Below, one piece after another: positions 8,708 through 16,407 of a DNA stretch of 17,390 nucleotides. Made by a program: the position numbers and the translations under genes. This stretch comes from Bdellovibrionales bacterium (GTDB lineage: Bacteria; Bdellovibrionota; Bdellovibrionia; Bdellovibrionales; DASUEL01), in contig JBFWOZ010000055.1 of NCBI GenBank assembly GCA_050250255.1, forward strand, positions 1 to 17,390, read 5' to 3'. A model generated the notes under the pieces. The model saw nothing but the letters and a program-made list of their open reading frames with translations, ran no database searches and had not been told where the DNA came from. Positions within the stretch are counted from its first letter, which is position 1. Each line of letters opens with the position of its first letter.

Positions 8708-9351
8708 TCTGGGTTTTCTTGAGACAAAGCGTGAGTGATGGAGTCGGTAGTAAAGCTTTCGCTCTTCGTCTGATAAACTTTTTTAGAAATCCAGGAATGA
8801 CTGATCATCAAAAGTTGATCGTCCTTATGTCGTTTGAAGCTTTGCACATGAAAGCGAGGGACAGTTGTGAGTCCAATGTACTCGTCGGGGAGTGGATGAA
8901 GCGATTTGGTTTTGTCCAAATTTTCCATAGAGAGATCAAAATGGATTCCAATCGGAAGTGGAGTTTTATCTTTGCGTACCAGCAGAACCTGCGGAAAACC
9001 CACTTGTAGATAGGCCACTTCTTCTCCATGAATAGACGCAATAAAAAGTTCTACTCCGGCTTTATATTCATCTTTATTTTCGTTTTTTAATAACGAGTCG
9101 TTAGCGAGGAGAGCGGCCACTTGTATGGCATTCGAATTTTCCGAAAGATCAGCCTGCTTCGGAAAGGGGCTTGTTGCCTCTGGATCGCGAAAAAAAGTAC
9201 TTAAGTAATCGCTCGCAATTTCCACAGTTTTTCGTGCTGCAGCCCGATTCCCCCAAGGAGTCGCCACAATAATAAATTTATTATCGTCTGAAGTGAAGAT
9301 TTCCGGTTTTGGTCTAAAAAGTTGTCCCGAGTAAGAGCGATGCTGAATCAT
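8668..9351 (-). CDS. PP2C/PPM-fold protein lacking metal-binding Asp residues (putative pseudophosphatase)
   Basis: Motif order and spacing follow PP2C: SG..FRPKPE, FIIVATPWGN, AALLAND, AGVELFIA, YLQVGFPQVLLVR, DLS, DDQLLMISHS. Starts 9 bp after the upstream stop. Confidence 0.6.
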   Translation of the reverse strand: MIQHRSYSGQLFRPKPEIFTSDDNKFIIVATPWGNRAAARKTVEIASDYLSTFFRDPEATSPFPKQADLSENSNAIQVAALLANDSLLKNENKDEYKAGVELFIASIHGEEVAYLQVGFPQVLLVRKDKTPLPIGIHFDLSMENLDKTKSLHPLPDEYIGLTTVPRFHVQSFKRHKDDQLLMISHSWISKKVYQTKSESFTTDSITHALSQENPDQPFWVGVWDLKG

Positions 9352-9360
9352 ATATAGTAC

Positions 9361-11277
9361 CTAATTCCCGTATCGATTCAATTTTCTCGCGGCCTTCATA
9401 TAGTAGTTATTGCCCTCAAGATCTTGATCCTTAATGATTCGCCACTTTTGCTTGGCAGATTCAATGTTACCGAGATTTTCTTCGATCACACTATCGCTGT
9501 AGAGCGTTTTCATTTTCCGGTTAAGGTCTTGCTGAACGGTCTCGTACATGAGGCGTGTATTGTTGTCCGAAGGGTCTAGCTCCATAGCGCGAGTCAGCGT
9601 CTGTAGGGCTTCTTTGTATTTTTCTTCAGCTTTAAACTTATCCGCAATGCCGAGACGAGCAGTAATATCCAATTTAATTTTATTCTTGAGCTTAGCAACA
9701 GTTTGTTTCGCCTTTATTTTATTTCCGTCTGGGTCTGGCAAACGTGAATTGATGTATTTTTCGTACATCGATAAAGCCTCGAGAAGTTTTTCCGATTGTT
9801 CAAGCTTTTGTGCGGTTTGAAACATGTTGTTGCCCGTACGAATACGATTTCTAAGTTCTTCTTGGCTCAGCTGTCTTTGTTTTCTTTGCTCTTCCGACTG
9901 GGCCACTTTGTTCATTAATTCCTGTATAGAGGCATTTTCTGGATCAAGCTCTAGGGCTGGCGCTAGGCAATTTTGCATTTCCTCAAGCTGATTCGACTTC
10001 CCATGTTCAATTTCGCAAGTTTCCGTAATTCTTGCGACTTTTACTTTTATAAGCCGCGCCTCTTCTATCCGGCGAGTGAGTTCATCTTGTTCCAATTTAA
10101 TAGCAATAGCTTGTTTACTGTTGTCTTCAATTTCTCTTGAGTCGCCGTAGAATGGTACCAACTCATGCATTTTCTTAGTTTCGATAAGTGCAGATTCGTA
10201 CTTTCCTTGCATGTAGAGTTCTTTTGCAAGCTTACGTGTGTCTTCTAATAATTTTTTCTGTTCTTTTGTTAACTTATTGAATTGGGCGTCAGGATTTTGA
10301 ATTTGGTTAGGGATAGAGCTTTGTTCAAGCTCTCCGGTTTCTTCTTGCGTGAAAGAATAAATAATTAGACACGCAAAGAGCCCAATGACGATCCGCACAT
10401 TCTTTTTATTTTTTGTGAAATTCGTCATCCAATTTGGATTATCGTATTTGATCACGTTAGGCGTTCCATCTGGAAGCATAGGGAAATTTTTAGTAAAATC
10501 TGGGTAAGGAACCATTTGGTTCTCTAAAACAATTTCTTCGTCTCCAGCCAGATGTGATGGTATCTGTAGAAGCTTTGATTCAAAACGTGGATCGCGAATT
10601 TGAAACTCAATGAGTGTTTTTCCAACGCGGACTTGATCGCCCATTTGTAAAGGCTTAGTCACTTGAGGTTTTAATTTTTCGCCGTTCAGAGTCGTGCCGT
10701 TAGAACTCCCTAAGTCCATAATTGTAAAGCCAGAGGAACTTCTCGCAATTTCTAAATGATTTCTGCTTGCTTTGGGCTCTTGAATCTGAATTTGGCAACT
10801 GGAGCTGCGGCCAATCACCCAAAGATTTCCCTCAAGCGAGAAGAGAGTCTCTTCATCTTGAGATTCATCAATGACCAGTAAGCACGACTCGCCCACGGAA
10901 GTTCCTATCGCGGTGTTGTCTGATGAAATTTTGGTGGCGGTTGATTCCATAGGAGCTGCAGTGAGAGCAGAACCTTTTCTTTCATCGACTTCATGAGTGA
11001 ATTGGAATTCAAACCCATCGACATAAAATGAAAGACTTTCATTGAGATCAAGTTCCGACTTTTCTTCTCCATTTAATAAAAGAGGAGAAAAACGCGCGAG
11101 AACTTGTACCTTCCAGCTCTGACCATCAAAGAAAATTTTAAGATGTTGTCTAGAAACCGAACTTTTATTCAGAACGATATCGCAGGAGTCATTACGTCCA
11201 GCGATATACTCTTTGTCTTTCACGAGTTCTATTTCAAAAATTTGACTTCGATCTTGGAAGACTTTGAGCTGTGCCAT
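9361..11277 (-). CDS. Tandem FHA-FHA, single TM, C-terminal TPR/coiled-coil protein
   Basis: FHA1 AGRNDSCDIVL...VSRQH; FHA2 IGRSSSCQIQI...SRNH...DLGSSNGTTLNG; TM VRIVIGLFACLIIYSF (~aa294-309); TPR-like LAKELYMQGKYESAL and ALQTLTRAMELDPSD. Start moved to ATG 11277 (TAATG overlap with the upstream stop). Confidence 0.85.
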   Translation of the reverse strand: MAQLKVFQDRSQIFEIELVKDKEYIAGRNDSCDIVLNKSSVSRQHLKIFFDGQSWKVQVLARFSPLLLNGEEKSELDLNESLSFYVDGFEFQFTHEVDERKGSALTAAPMESTATKISSDNTAIGTSVGESCLLVIDESQDEETLFSLEGNLWVIGRSSSCQIQIQEPKASRNHLEIARSSSGFTIMDLGSSNGTTLNGEKLKPQVTKPLQMGDQVRVGKTLIEFQIRDPRFESKLLQIPSHLAGDEEIVLENQMVPYPDFTKNFPMLPDGTPNVIKYDNPNWMTNFTKNKKNVRIVIGLFACLIIYSFTQEETGELEQSSIPNQIQNPDAQFNKLTKEQKKLLEDTRKLAKELYMQGKYESALIETKKMHELVPFYGDSREIEDNSKQAIAIKLEQDELTRRIEEARLIKVKVARITETCEIEHGKSNQLEEMQNCLAPALELDPENASIQELMNKVAQSEEQRKQRQLSQEELRNRIRTGNNMFQTAQKLEQSEKLLEALSMYEKYINSRLPDPDGNKIKAKQTVAKLKNKIKLDITARLGIADKFKAEEKYKEALQTLTRAMELDPSDNNTRLMYETVQQDLNRKMKTLYSDSVIEENLGNIESAKQKWRIIKDQDLEGNNYYMKAARKLNRYGN

Positions 11278-12326
11278 TAGTACCGCCCTGTCAAAATGAG
11301 GTCGATCACTTGTAATTGCCCGGCGGCCTCTTGCCATGTTCTATTTGTCGTATCGTTAATAAGGATTTGAACATTTCTGTAATTAGATCGAGCCAATTCG
11401 TATTTATTTTGTTCCATATGTCTTTTGCCTTCGAGTAAATTAAATTGAACTAACTCATCGAGGCGACGTTCGGAAAGCCTTTTATATTGTTGAGCTAAGG
11501 AGTGATCTGGAAGTAGCGCGAGAGCGGCGGTAAAGCTTTGAATCGCGCGAGAATAATTCCCCTCACGATAATCACGAAAACCCTGAAGGTAAGCGGCTTG
11601 TGCTTCTTTTCCTTGTTCACTAAACTGTGCGGAATTGACCTTTTGACGTGCGAGCTCGGTCTTTTTCTTTTCAATATCCGCTATTTCGGCATTCACTTGA
11701 TCTTCGGTTCTTAAACCATAGTCTGCTTTTTTCTTTTTTGCGCCTGAACTCATAAGCAAAAGAACTAACGCACCTAAAACAATACCAACCACCAACTTTG
11801 GTTTTTCACGTAAAAACTTTTGCAGAGCACTCGACGGTGGGGTTTGCGGCAGAGAGCTTCGAGGCATTCCTGGCGGTGGAACGATTCCTAGCGGGCGAGG
11901 ATAGGCATTCGTTGCTGAAAGCGACGGATACGGGGATTGAAGTTGGGACGAAGGCGTGGAACTTACTGGTGGCACAACGGATAAAGAAGGCAGAGCGAGT
12001 GGCGCTTCCTTATTAATCACAAAAACAGTGTCACCAATTTGAACGGGTTCGCCTGGTTGAATCGTTGTTTCTTCAATTTTTCTACCGTTGATGTGAACGC
12101 CATTGCGGGAGCCCATATCTTTAATAAAAATCTTTTGTCCCTGAATCAATACCGCTAAATGCTTTTGACTGCAGCGCTGGTCATTCAGATTAATGTCATT
12201 ACCGGTCTCACGACCTAGGGTCGCCTTTCCTGACACCAATTTATAAGTGGAACCTTTGTCAGGTCCGCTGATAATTTTTAAAACATAAACAATTTGAGGA
12301 ATGGAAGCGGGAGCGGTCGCGTTCAT
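11277..12326 (-). CDS. FHA, Pro/Ser-rich linker, single TM, TPR protein
   Basis: FHA LGRETGNDINLND..CSQKH...DMGSRNGVHING; P/S-rich ~aa107-167; TM LVVGIVLGALVLLLM; TPR AYLQGFRDYREGNYSRAIQSFTAALALLPDH. ATGA overlap with the upstream gene and GGAG RBS. Confidence 0.87.
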   Translation of the reverse strand: MNATAPASIPQIVYVLKIISGPDKGSTYKLVSGKATLGRETGNDINLNDQRCSQKHLAVLIQGQKIFIKDMGSRNGVHINGRKIEETTIQPGEPVQIGDTVFVINKEAPLALPSLSVVPPVSSTPSSQLQSPYPSLSATNAYPRPLGIVPPPGMPRSSLPQTPPSSALQKFLREKPKLVVGIVLGALVLLLMSSGAKKKKADYGLRTEDQVNAEIADIEKKKTELARQKVNSAQFSEQGKEAQAAYLQGFRDYREGNYSRAIQSFTAALALLPDHSLAQQYKRLSERRLDELVQFNLLEGKRHMEQNKYELARSNYRNVQILINDTTNRTWQEAAGQLQVIDLILTGRY

Positions 12327-13861
12327 AATGACTCTCCTGCTTTTTTCATAGAGATGAGATAATAGGAAATTTCTGTAGACCCCAAAATGGCTTGAGTATC
12401 AATTTCGTAGAGGATCCCTGCAAAGTCGAGATTGTTGGAAACAATCATCCCCGGTTGTAGGGCCGCTTGATTGATCAAATCGACAATACTCATCTTAAAG
12501 GCTTGATCCGACAAAATTTCGAGTGACTGACCTTGGAGAGTATTAAATCTCATTCCAATTAAATCTTCTAAAGGGTTATTCACCGATAGAAAAAGTTGGT
12601 CCTTGTCTAAGGTGAGGCAAGGATGATTAAACATTTGGACAATGTTTTGGGCTTCGGTGGAACGATCAATACGAAGTGGGGCGGAGCCGTTAGATCCCGT
12701 ACGGCTCAGCGCCGAGTTGATGTTCACCACCAACTGATTGAGTTCGGGTATCATGTACTTTGTTGTTAAATTTTGTCGATCATCTTTGAGTGCCGCATCC
12801 AGCTGTTGATTGAGATTGAGAAGAGGTTCTTTATGGAGTTTATAAAGAATAAAGAAGAGACAAGCTCCGAGCAAAAATGAGATGAAAAGAATTTGGGTGA
12901 AGAGGCTGATATAACGGGCGCTATCAATAGCTAAACCGCCCATGCCATAGAGAACAACCGCATGTGCAATGACCTGCTGACCAGATTCAGGATTGTAGGC
13001 GTGGATCGGATAACTTGCACCAATGGTGCTATCGTCAATTTGCTCCACAGACTCGCGACTCAGCTTGCGCGCCTTATGAACAAAGGGAAGGTTTGCATAA
13101 GAGCCTGCGTTGATGGCAGGCGCGATGGTGTGACCGTCACGATTAGAAATAATTAGAGCCGATTGAACACCTTCTTCGTTTTCTGCGGCTCGTGTGCTCA
13201 CGGCCGATTCTGTTCCTTGCTGTAAAAGAGATTGGTTTGAAATGGCAAGGTTCTTTGCAATCGTCAGCGCTCGACGACGACTTTCTTGTTCAATACTGTT
13301 CTTGGTGATGTTCATCATGGGAACAATAGAAAACATAGTCATGAGTAAAATAAAGCCCACGATAAAACTCGCCAGAACATTTCTATACTCAAACATTTCT
13401 ATCAGGCGATAAATGCCCGGCATAGCTACGGTGTTGACGTAGTTTTGTATATTTTCGAGTTGGTTTTGGACAGCAGCAGGGGCTGGTGACTGTTCTGCCT
13501 GAGGTATCTGAAGGGCGGCATTTCCATCCCATGCGCCAACTTGGGAGGCTCCGGTTCTTTCCATAGTTGGAGCTTTCGTGACAATTTTTAAATCTGCAAG
13601 GCATTGGTGAAATCCCATTCGATCTTTTGTCGAAAGTGTTTTCTGACGAACTCGAATGCCGTTGACGAAAGTACCGTTACTGGAGCCAAGATCTGTGATG
13701 GTAATATTCCCCGGTGCATAGTTAATCACAGCGTGCTTTTTTGAAATTCCGGGAAGGTTTAAAACGATATCGCATTCTTTCGTGCGACCGATCGTGTTTT
13801 CGCCTTCTTTTAACTCGAATGTTTGACCTGCCAGAGGTCCATTTAAAATTCTAAGAAACAT
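12323..13861 (-). CDS. FHA-domain membrane protein with two TMs, extracytoplasmic domain, HAMP-like and PAS-like C-terminus
   Basis: Canonical FHA IGRTKECDIVL..PGISKKHA...DLGSSNGTFVNG; TM1 ~aa162-183; TM2 ~aa317-340; HAMP-like EPLLNLNQQLD...PELNQLVVNINSAL; PAS-like IVQMFNHPCLTLDKDQLFLSVNNPLEDLIG...LQGQSL. Confidence 0.82.
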   Translation of the reverse strand: MFLRILNGPLAGQTFELKEGENTIGRTKECDIVLNLPGISKKHAVINYAPGNITITDLGSSNGTFVNGIRVRQKTLSTKDRMGFHQCLADLKIVTKAPTMERTGASQVGAWDGNAALQIPQAEQSPAPAAVQNQLENIQNYVNTVAMPGIYRLIEMFEYRNVLASFIVGFILLMTMFSIVPMMNITKNSIEQESRRRALTIAKNLAISNQSLLQQGTESAVSTRAAENEEGVQSALIISNRDGHTIAPAINAGSYANLPFVHKARKLSRESVEQIDDSTIGASYPIHAYNPESGQQVIAHAVVLYGMGGLAIDSARYISLFTQILFISFLLGACLFFILYKLHKEPLLNLNQQLDAALKDDRQNLTTKYMIPELNQLVVNINSALSRTGSNGSAPLRIDRSTEAQNIVQMFNHPCLTLDKDQLFLSVNNPLEDLIGMRFNTLQGQSLEILSDQAFKMSIVDLINQAALQPGMIVSNNLDFAGILYEIDTQAILGSTEISYYLISMKKAGESL

Positions 13862-14195
13862 CGAGGTGATCTCCCAAACTGAGATTCATTGAGTTCAAAG
13901 TACCTGCAGGAAGTTCAAACGTGGAGTCGGCTCCCCACACAGGCCAAACCACTTTCCAAGGTTTTACATTGCTTCGAATGGCTTTCACTTTGAGTTCACG
14001 ATCAACAAACACCACATCGATAGAGAATTTCATAAAGTAAGTGTGAATGCTGTTGTTCGACTTAATCCATAAACCTTGATTTTCAAGTTTATCGTGTCGG
14101 AGAAGACCTACCAGGCGATCCACTAAACTTTCCGCAACGACAACTTGAGGAACCAAAACTGTATTTTTTGTTTTGTTAAAAAGTTTAGCCATCAT
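13851..14195 (-). CDS. DUF192 family protein
   Basis: VAESLVDRLVGLL, IHTYFMKFSIDVVFVD, VKPW, FELPAG motifs. ATGA overlap with the tadC stop. Confidence 0.9.
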   Translation of the reverse strand: MMAKLFNKTKNTVLVPQVVVAESLVDRLVGLLRHDKLENQGLWIKSNNSIHTYFMKFSIDVVFVDRELKVKAIRSNVKPWKVVWPVWGADSTFELPAGTLNSMNLSLGDHLDVS

Positions 14196-15097
14196 GGTGA
14201 ACCCTGACCCATAAATTGTAAAATCACCGGACCAAACACCATGATAAAAACCGCTGGCAAAATAAACATCATGAGCGGAATGAGAATCGCCTGAGAAGCA
14301 CGAGCTCCCGCTTTTTCCGCACGCGTGAAACGTTCTACCCGCATTTGTACTGATTGTTGTTTGAGAACCTGGCCAATGCTTGCACCCGTGGCGTCGGCAT
14401 CAACTAGGACCGCGATGAAACTTGTAATTTCTGACATGTCTAAGCGGTTTGCCATGGCTTTCAAAGATTCAGCACGTGATTGACCGAGTTTAATATCTTG
14501 AAGAACTTGGCCTAGTTCGCTAGCGAGAACGCTGTTCTCTGCTTTGTCGACTACGCGTTGAATTGCGCCGACAAAATCAAGGCCGGCTTCAGTGGAGAGA
14601 GCAAGGATATCGATGAAGTAGGGAAGATCCACAATCACCGACGTGTATCGACGCTTCTTTTCGGCGTTCACATAGAGGTGAGGGAAATAGGCTCCGACAA
14701 CGCTCATGATTAAAACGAAGAGTGGTGGGTAACCCAGTTCGAGTGAGAGATTCACGAGCATGAGAAGTACGGGGAAGAGAAATCCCCATAAAACTTGAAT
14801 CCCAATAAACTCATCTACGTTGAGAACGCGCTCAAGACCTGCCGTCTGAATTTTTCTGAGGACCGCTTTTCGATAGCGAGGGCTTTTGATTTTTGCTGCA
14901 AGTCCCAAGCAGAATTTGTGTACGATGGGGCGCGATAGTTCGATGAAACCGGATTTTGATTTTTCAGGAGCGTCATCGGTTGCCCAATGTAAAACTTGAT
15001 TGCCACCACTCGAAGCAAGAATGCTTGAAACGAATGTGTACACGGACCCACCTAGTAGGAGTAATCCAGTGATAAGCATGAAGTCACTGCTTCCCAT
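14192..15097 (-). CDS. tadC: Tad pilus inner-membrane platform protein (type II secretion F family, TadC-like)
   Basis: DLPYFIDILALSTEAGLDF..AI.RV, ELGQVLQDIKLGQSRAESL, LVDADATGASIGQVLKQQSVQMRVERFTRAEKAG, C-terminal TM LIPLMMFILPAVFIMVFGP. Confidence 0.9.
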   Translation of the reverse strand: MGSSDFMLITGLLLLGGSVYTFVSSILASSGGNQVLHWATDDAPEKSKSGFIELSRPIVHKFCLGLAAKIKSPRYRKAVLRKIQTAGLERVLNVDEFIGIQVLWGFLFPVLLMLVNLSLELGYPPLFVLIMSVVGAYFPHLYVNAEKKRRYTSVIVDLPYFIDILALSTEAGLDFVGAIQRVVDKAENSVLASELGQVLQDIKLGQSRAESLKAMANRLDMSEITSFIAVLVDADATGASIGQVLKQQSVQMRVERFTRAEKAGARASQAILIPLMMFILPAVFIMVFGPVILQFMGQGSP

Positions 15098-15112
15098 GGG
15101 AGGCCTTTCCGT

Positions 15113-15143
15113 GATTAAGTGAACTTAGATGAGTTCACTGATC
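15113..15143. repeat. Inverted repeat spanning the maf start in the tadC/maf divergent gap
   Basis: AGTGAACT (15118-15125), TAGATG, AGTTCACT (15132-15139): perfect 8-bp arms, extendable by GAT(15113-15115)/ATC(15141-15143) with a bulge and a G-T pair. Confidence 0.5.
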
Positions 15144-15755
15144 CTGGCTTCTCAATCTCCGCGCCGTCGCGACTTACTGGAAAAGGCAGGATTTCAATTC
15201 CAAACTCTCTCTGTAGAAATATCGGAAAATCTCAATGAAAACCTAAGCTTGGATGAGGCCCTAATGGATCTGGCGCGAAGAAAATCTGAGGCGCTGATTC
15301 GCTCAGGTAAGTGCCCGAATTTAGGGGAGTTTATCGTTCTTTCCGCCGATACCGTTGTGGTTTTAGACGACCAAGTGATCAACAAGCCTGTCGATACTTC
15401 TGACGCCCATGCGATTTTAAGACGTTTGTCGGGGAAAACCCATATTGTGAAAACCGCGGTGTGCTTGATGAAGGTCCAGTTTCCGCAAGCTCTTCAGGGT
15501 GCTTTGCCTCCTCATTTCACTGTCGTAGAAACAAGCTACGTGACCTTTTCGTCTCTCACCGATGAGCAAATCGAAAAATATGTGCGTGAATGCAAGCCCA
15601 TGGATAAAGCGGGAGCTTACGGTGTACAAGATGTGCCCTCAGATTTCTTGAAAGAAATCCGCGGACATGTGGATAATGTAATGGGACTACCTGTTGAGCG
15701 AGTAAAGAGCCTACTTCGTGAAAGTGGTTGGGATGTCGGTACAAAGCAATCTTGA
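15129..15755 (+). CDS. maf: Maf family nucleoside triphosphate pyrophosphatase (YhdE-like)
   Basis: LILASQSPRRRDLL, SADTVV, INKP, LSGKTH, DKAGAYGVQ, NVMGLP. Confidence 0.95.
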   Translation: MSSLILASQSPRRRDLLEKAGFQFQTLSVEISENLNENLSLDEALMDLARRKSEALIRSGKCPNLGEFIVLSADTVVVLDDQVINKPVDTSDAHAILRRLSGKTHIVKTAVCLMKVQFPQALQGALPPHFTVVETSYVTFSSLTDEQIEKYVRECKPMDKAGAYGVQDVPSDFLKEIRGHVDNVMGLPVERVKSLLRESGWDVGTKQS

Positions 15756-16407
15756 AACCCTTCAGAAAAAAATCGAAAGCGCCTGCAAAAAATCAGGTCG
15801 TTCTCCTCGAGACGTGCAGCTTCTCGCGGTTACTAAAAAGCAACCTCTCGAAAAAATTCAAGAAGCCATTAAGTGGGGTCAGAAACAATTTGGCGAAAAC
15901 TATGTTCAAGAGTGGCGACAAAAAGCAGAAAGTTTGAATCATGAGATCGATTGGCATATTATTGGCCCACTTCAAAAAAACAAATGCAAATATGTGGTTG
16001 GTAAAGTGGCGCTGATTCAATCGGTCGATTCTCTTTCTTTGGCTGAGGAAATTCATAAGATTGCTCTTCAGAGAAACATCGTTCAGAGCGTTCTCCTTCA
16101 AATCAATCTCGGAGACGAAACGACGAAAAGCGGAGCTTCTCTACGGGATGGCCAGGAACTCGTCGCCGAGTTTCAAAAAATGAAGGGCCTAAATCTTAAG
16201 GGCCTCATGGCTTTGCCGCCGCTTTTTGAGGAAGCTGAAAAATCTCGTCCGTACTTTCGTCAGCTTAAAGAATGTGCACAGTCTTGGTTTTCGAAGGAAA
16301 AAGAAGCGTTTTTGTCTATGGGAACAAGTCAAGATTTTGAAATTGCAATTGAAGAAGGATCTCATATGGTTCGCGTGGGTACTTTTATTTTTGGAGAAAG
16401 GGAATGA
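15733..16407 (+). CDS. yggS: YggS/PLPBP pyridoxal-phosphate homeostasis protein
   Basis: LLAVTKK, FGENYVQE, WHIIGPLQKNK, SVDS, GLMALPP, LSMGTSQDFEIAIEEGSHMVRVGTFIFG. Likely start ATG 15733 (MSVQSNL). Confidence 0.95.
   Translation: MSVQSNLETLQKKIESACKKSGRSPRDVQLLAVTKKQPLEKIQEAIKWGQKQFGENYVQEWRQKAESLNHEIDWHIIGPLQKNKCKYVVGKVALIQSVDSLSLAEEIHKIALQRNIVQSVLLQINLGDETTKSGASLRDGQELVAEFQKMKGLNLKGLMALPPLFEEAEKSRPYFRQLKECAQSWFSKEKEAFLSMGTSQDFEIAIEEGSHMVRVGTFIFGERE

Noticed and set aside
11278..11337. ORF-track N-terminal extension MARGRRAITSDRPHFDRAVL; likewise starts at 226, 2949 and 15718
   Set aside because: These extensions lie inside upstream genes; downstream ATGs (11277, 256, 3018, 15733) fit domain starts and coupling or RBS better.
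256..13861. OdhI/GarA-like FHA regulation of the neighbouring 2-oxoacid dehydrogenase
   Set aside because: OdhI/GarA are small soluble proteins acting on the E1 subunit; these FHA proteins are membrane-anchored, over 6 kb from lpdA and coupled to tadC.
8668..13861. Type VI or type VII secretion cluster (FHA plus PP2C as in Fha/PppA, or EssC-like tandem FHA)
   Set aside because: No Tss core genes, FtsK ATPase or WXG100 genes; the linked structural gene is TadC.
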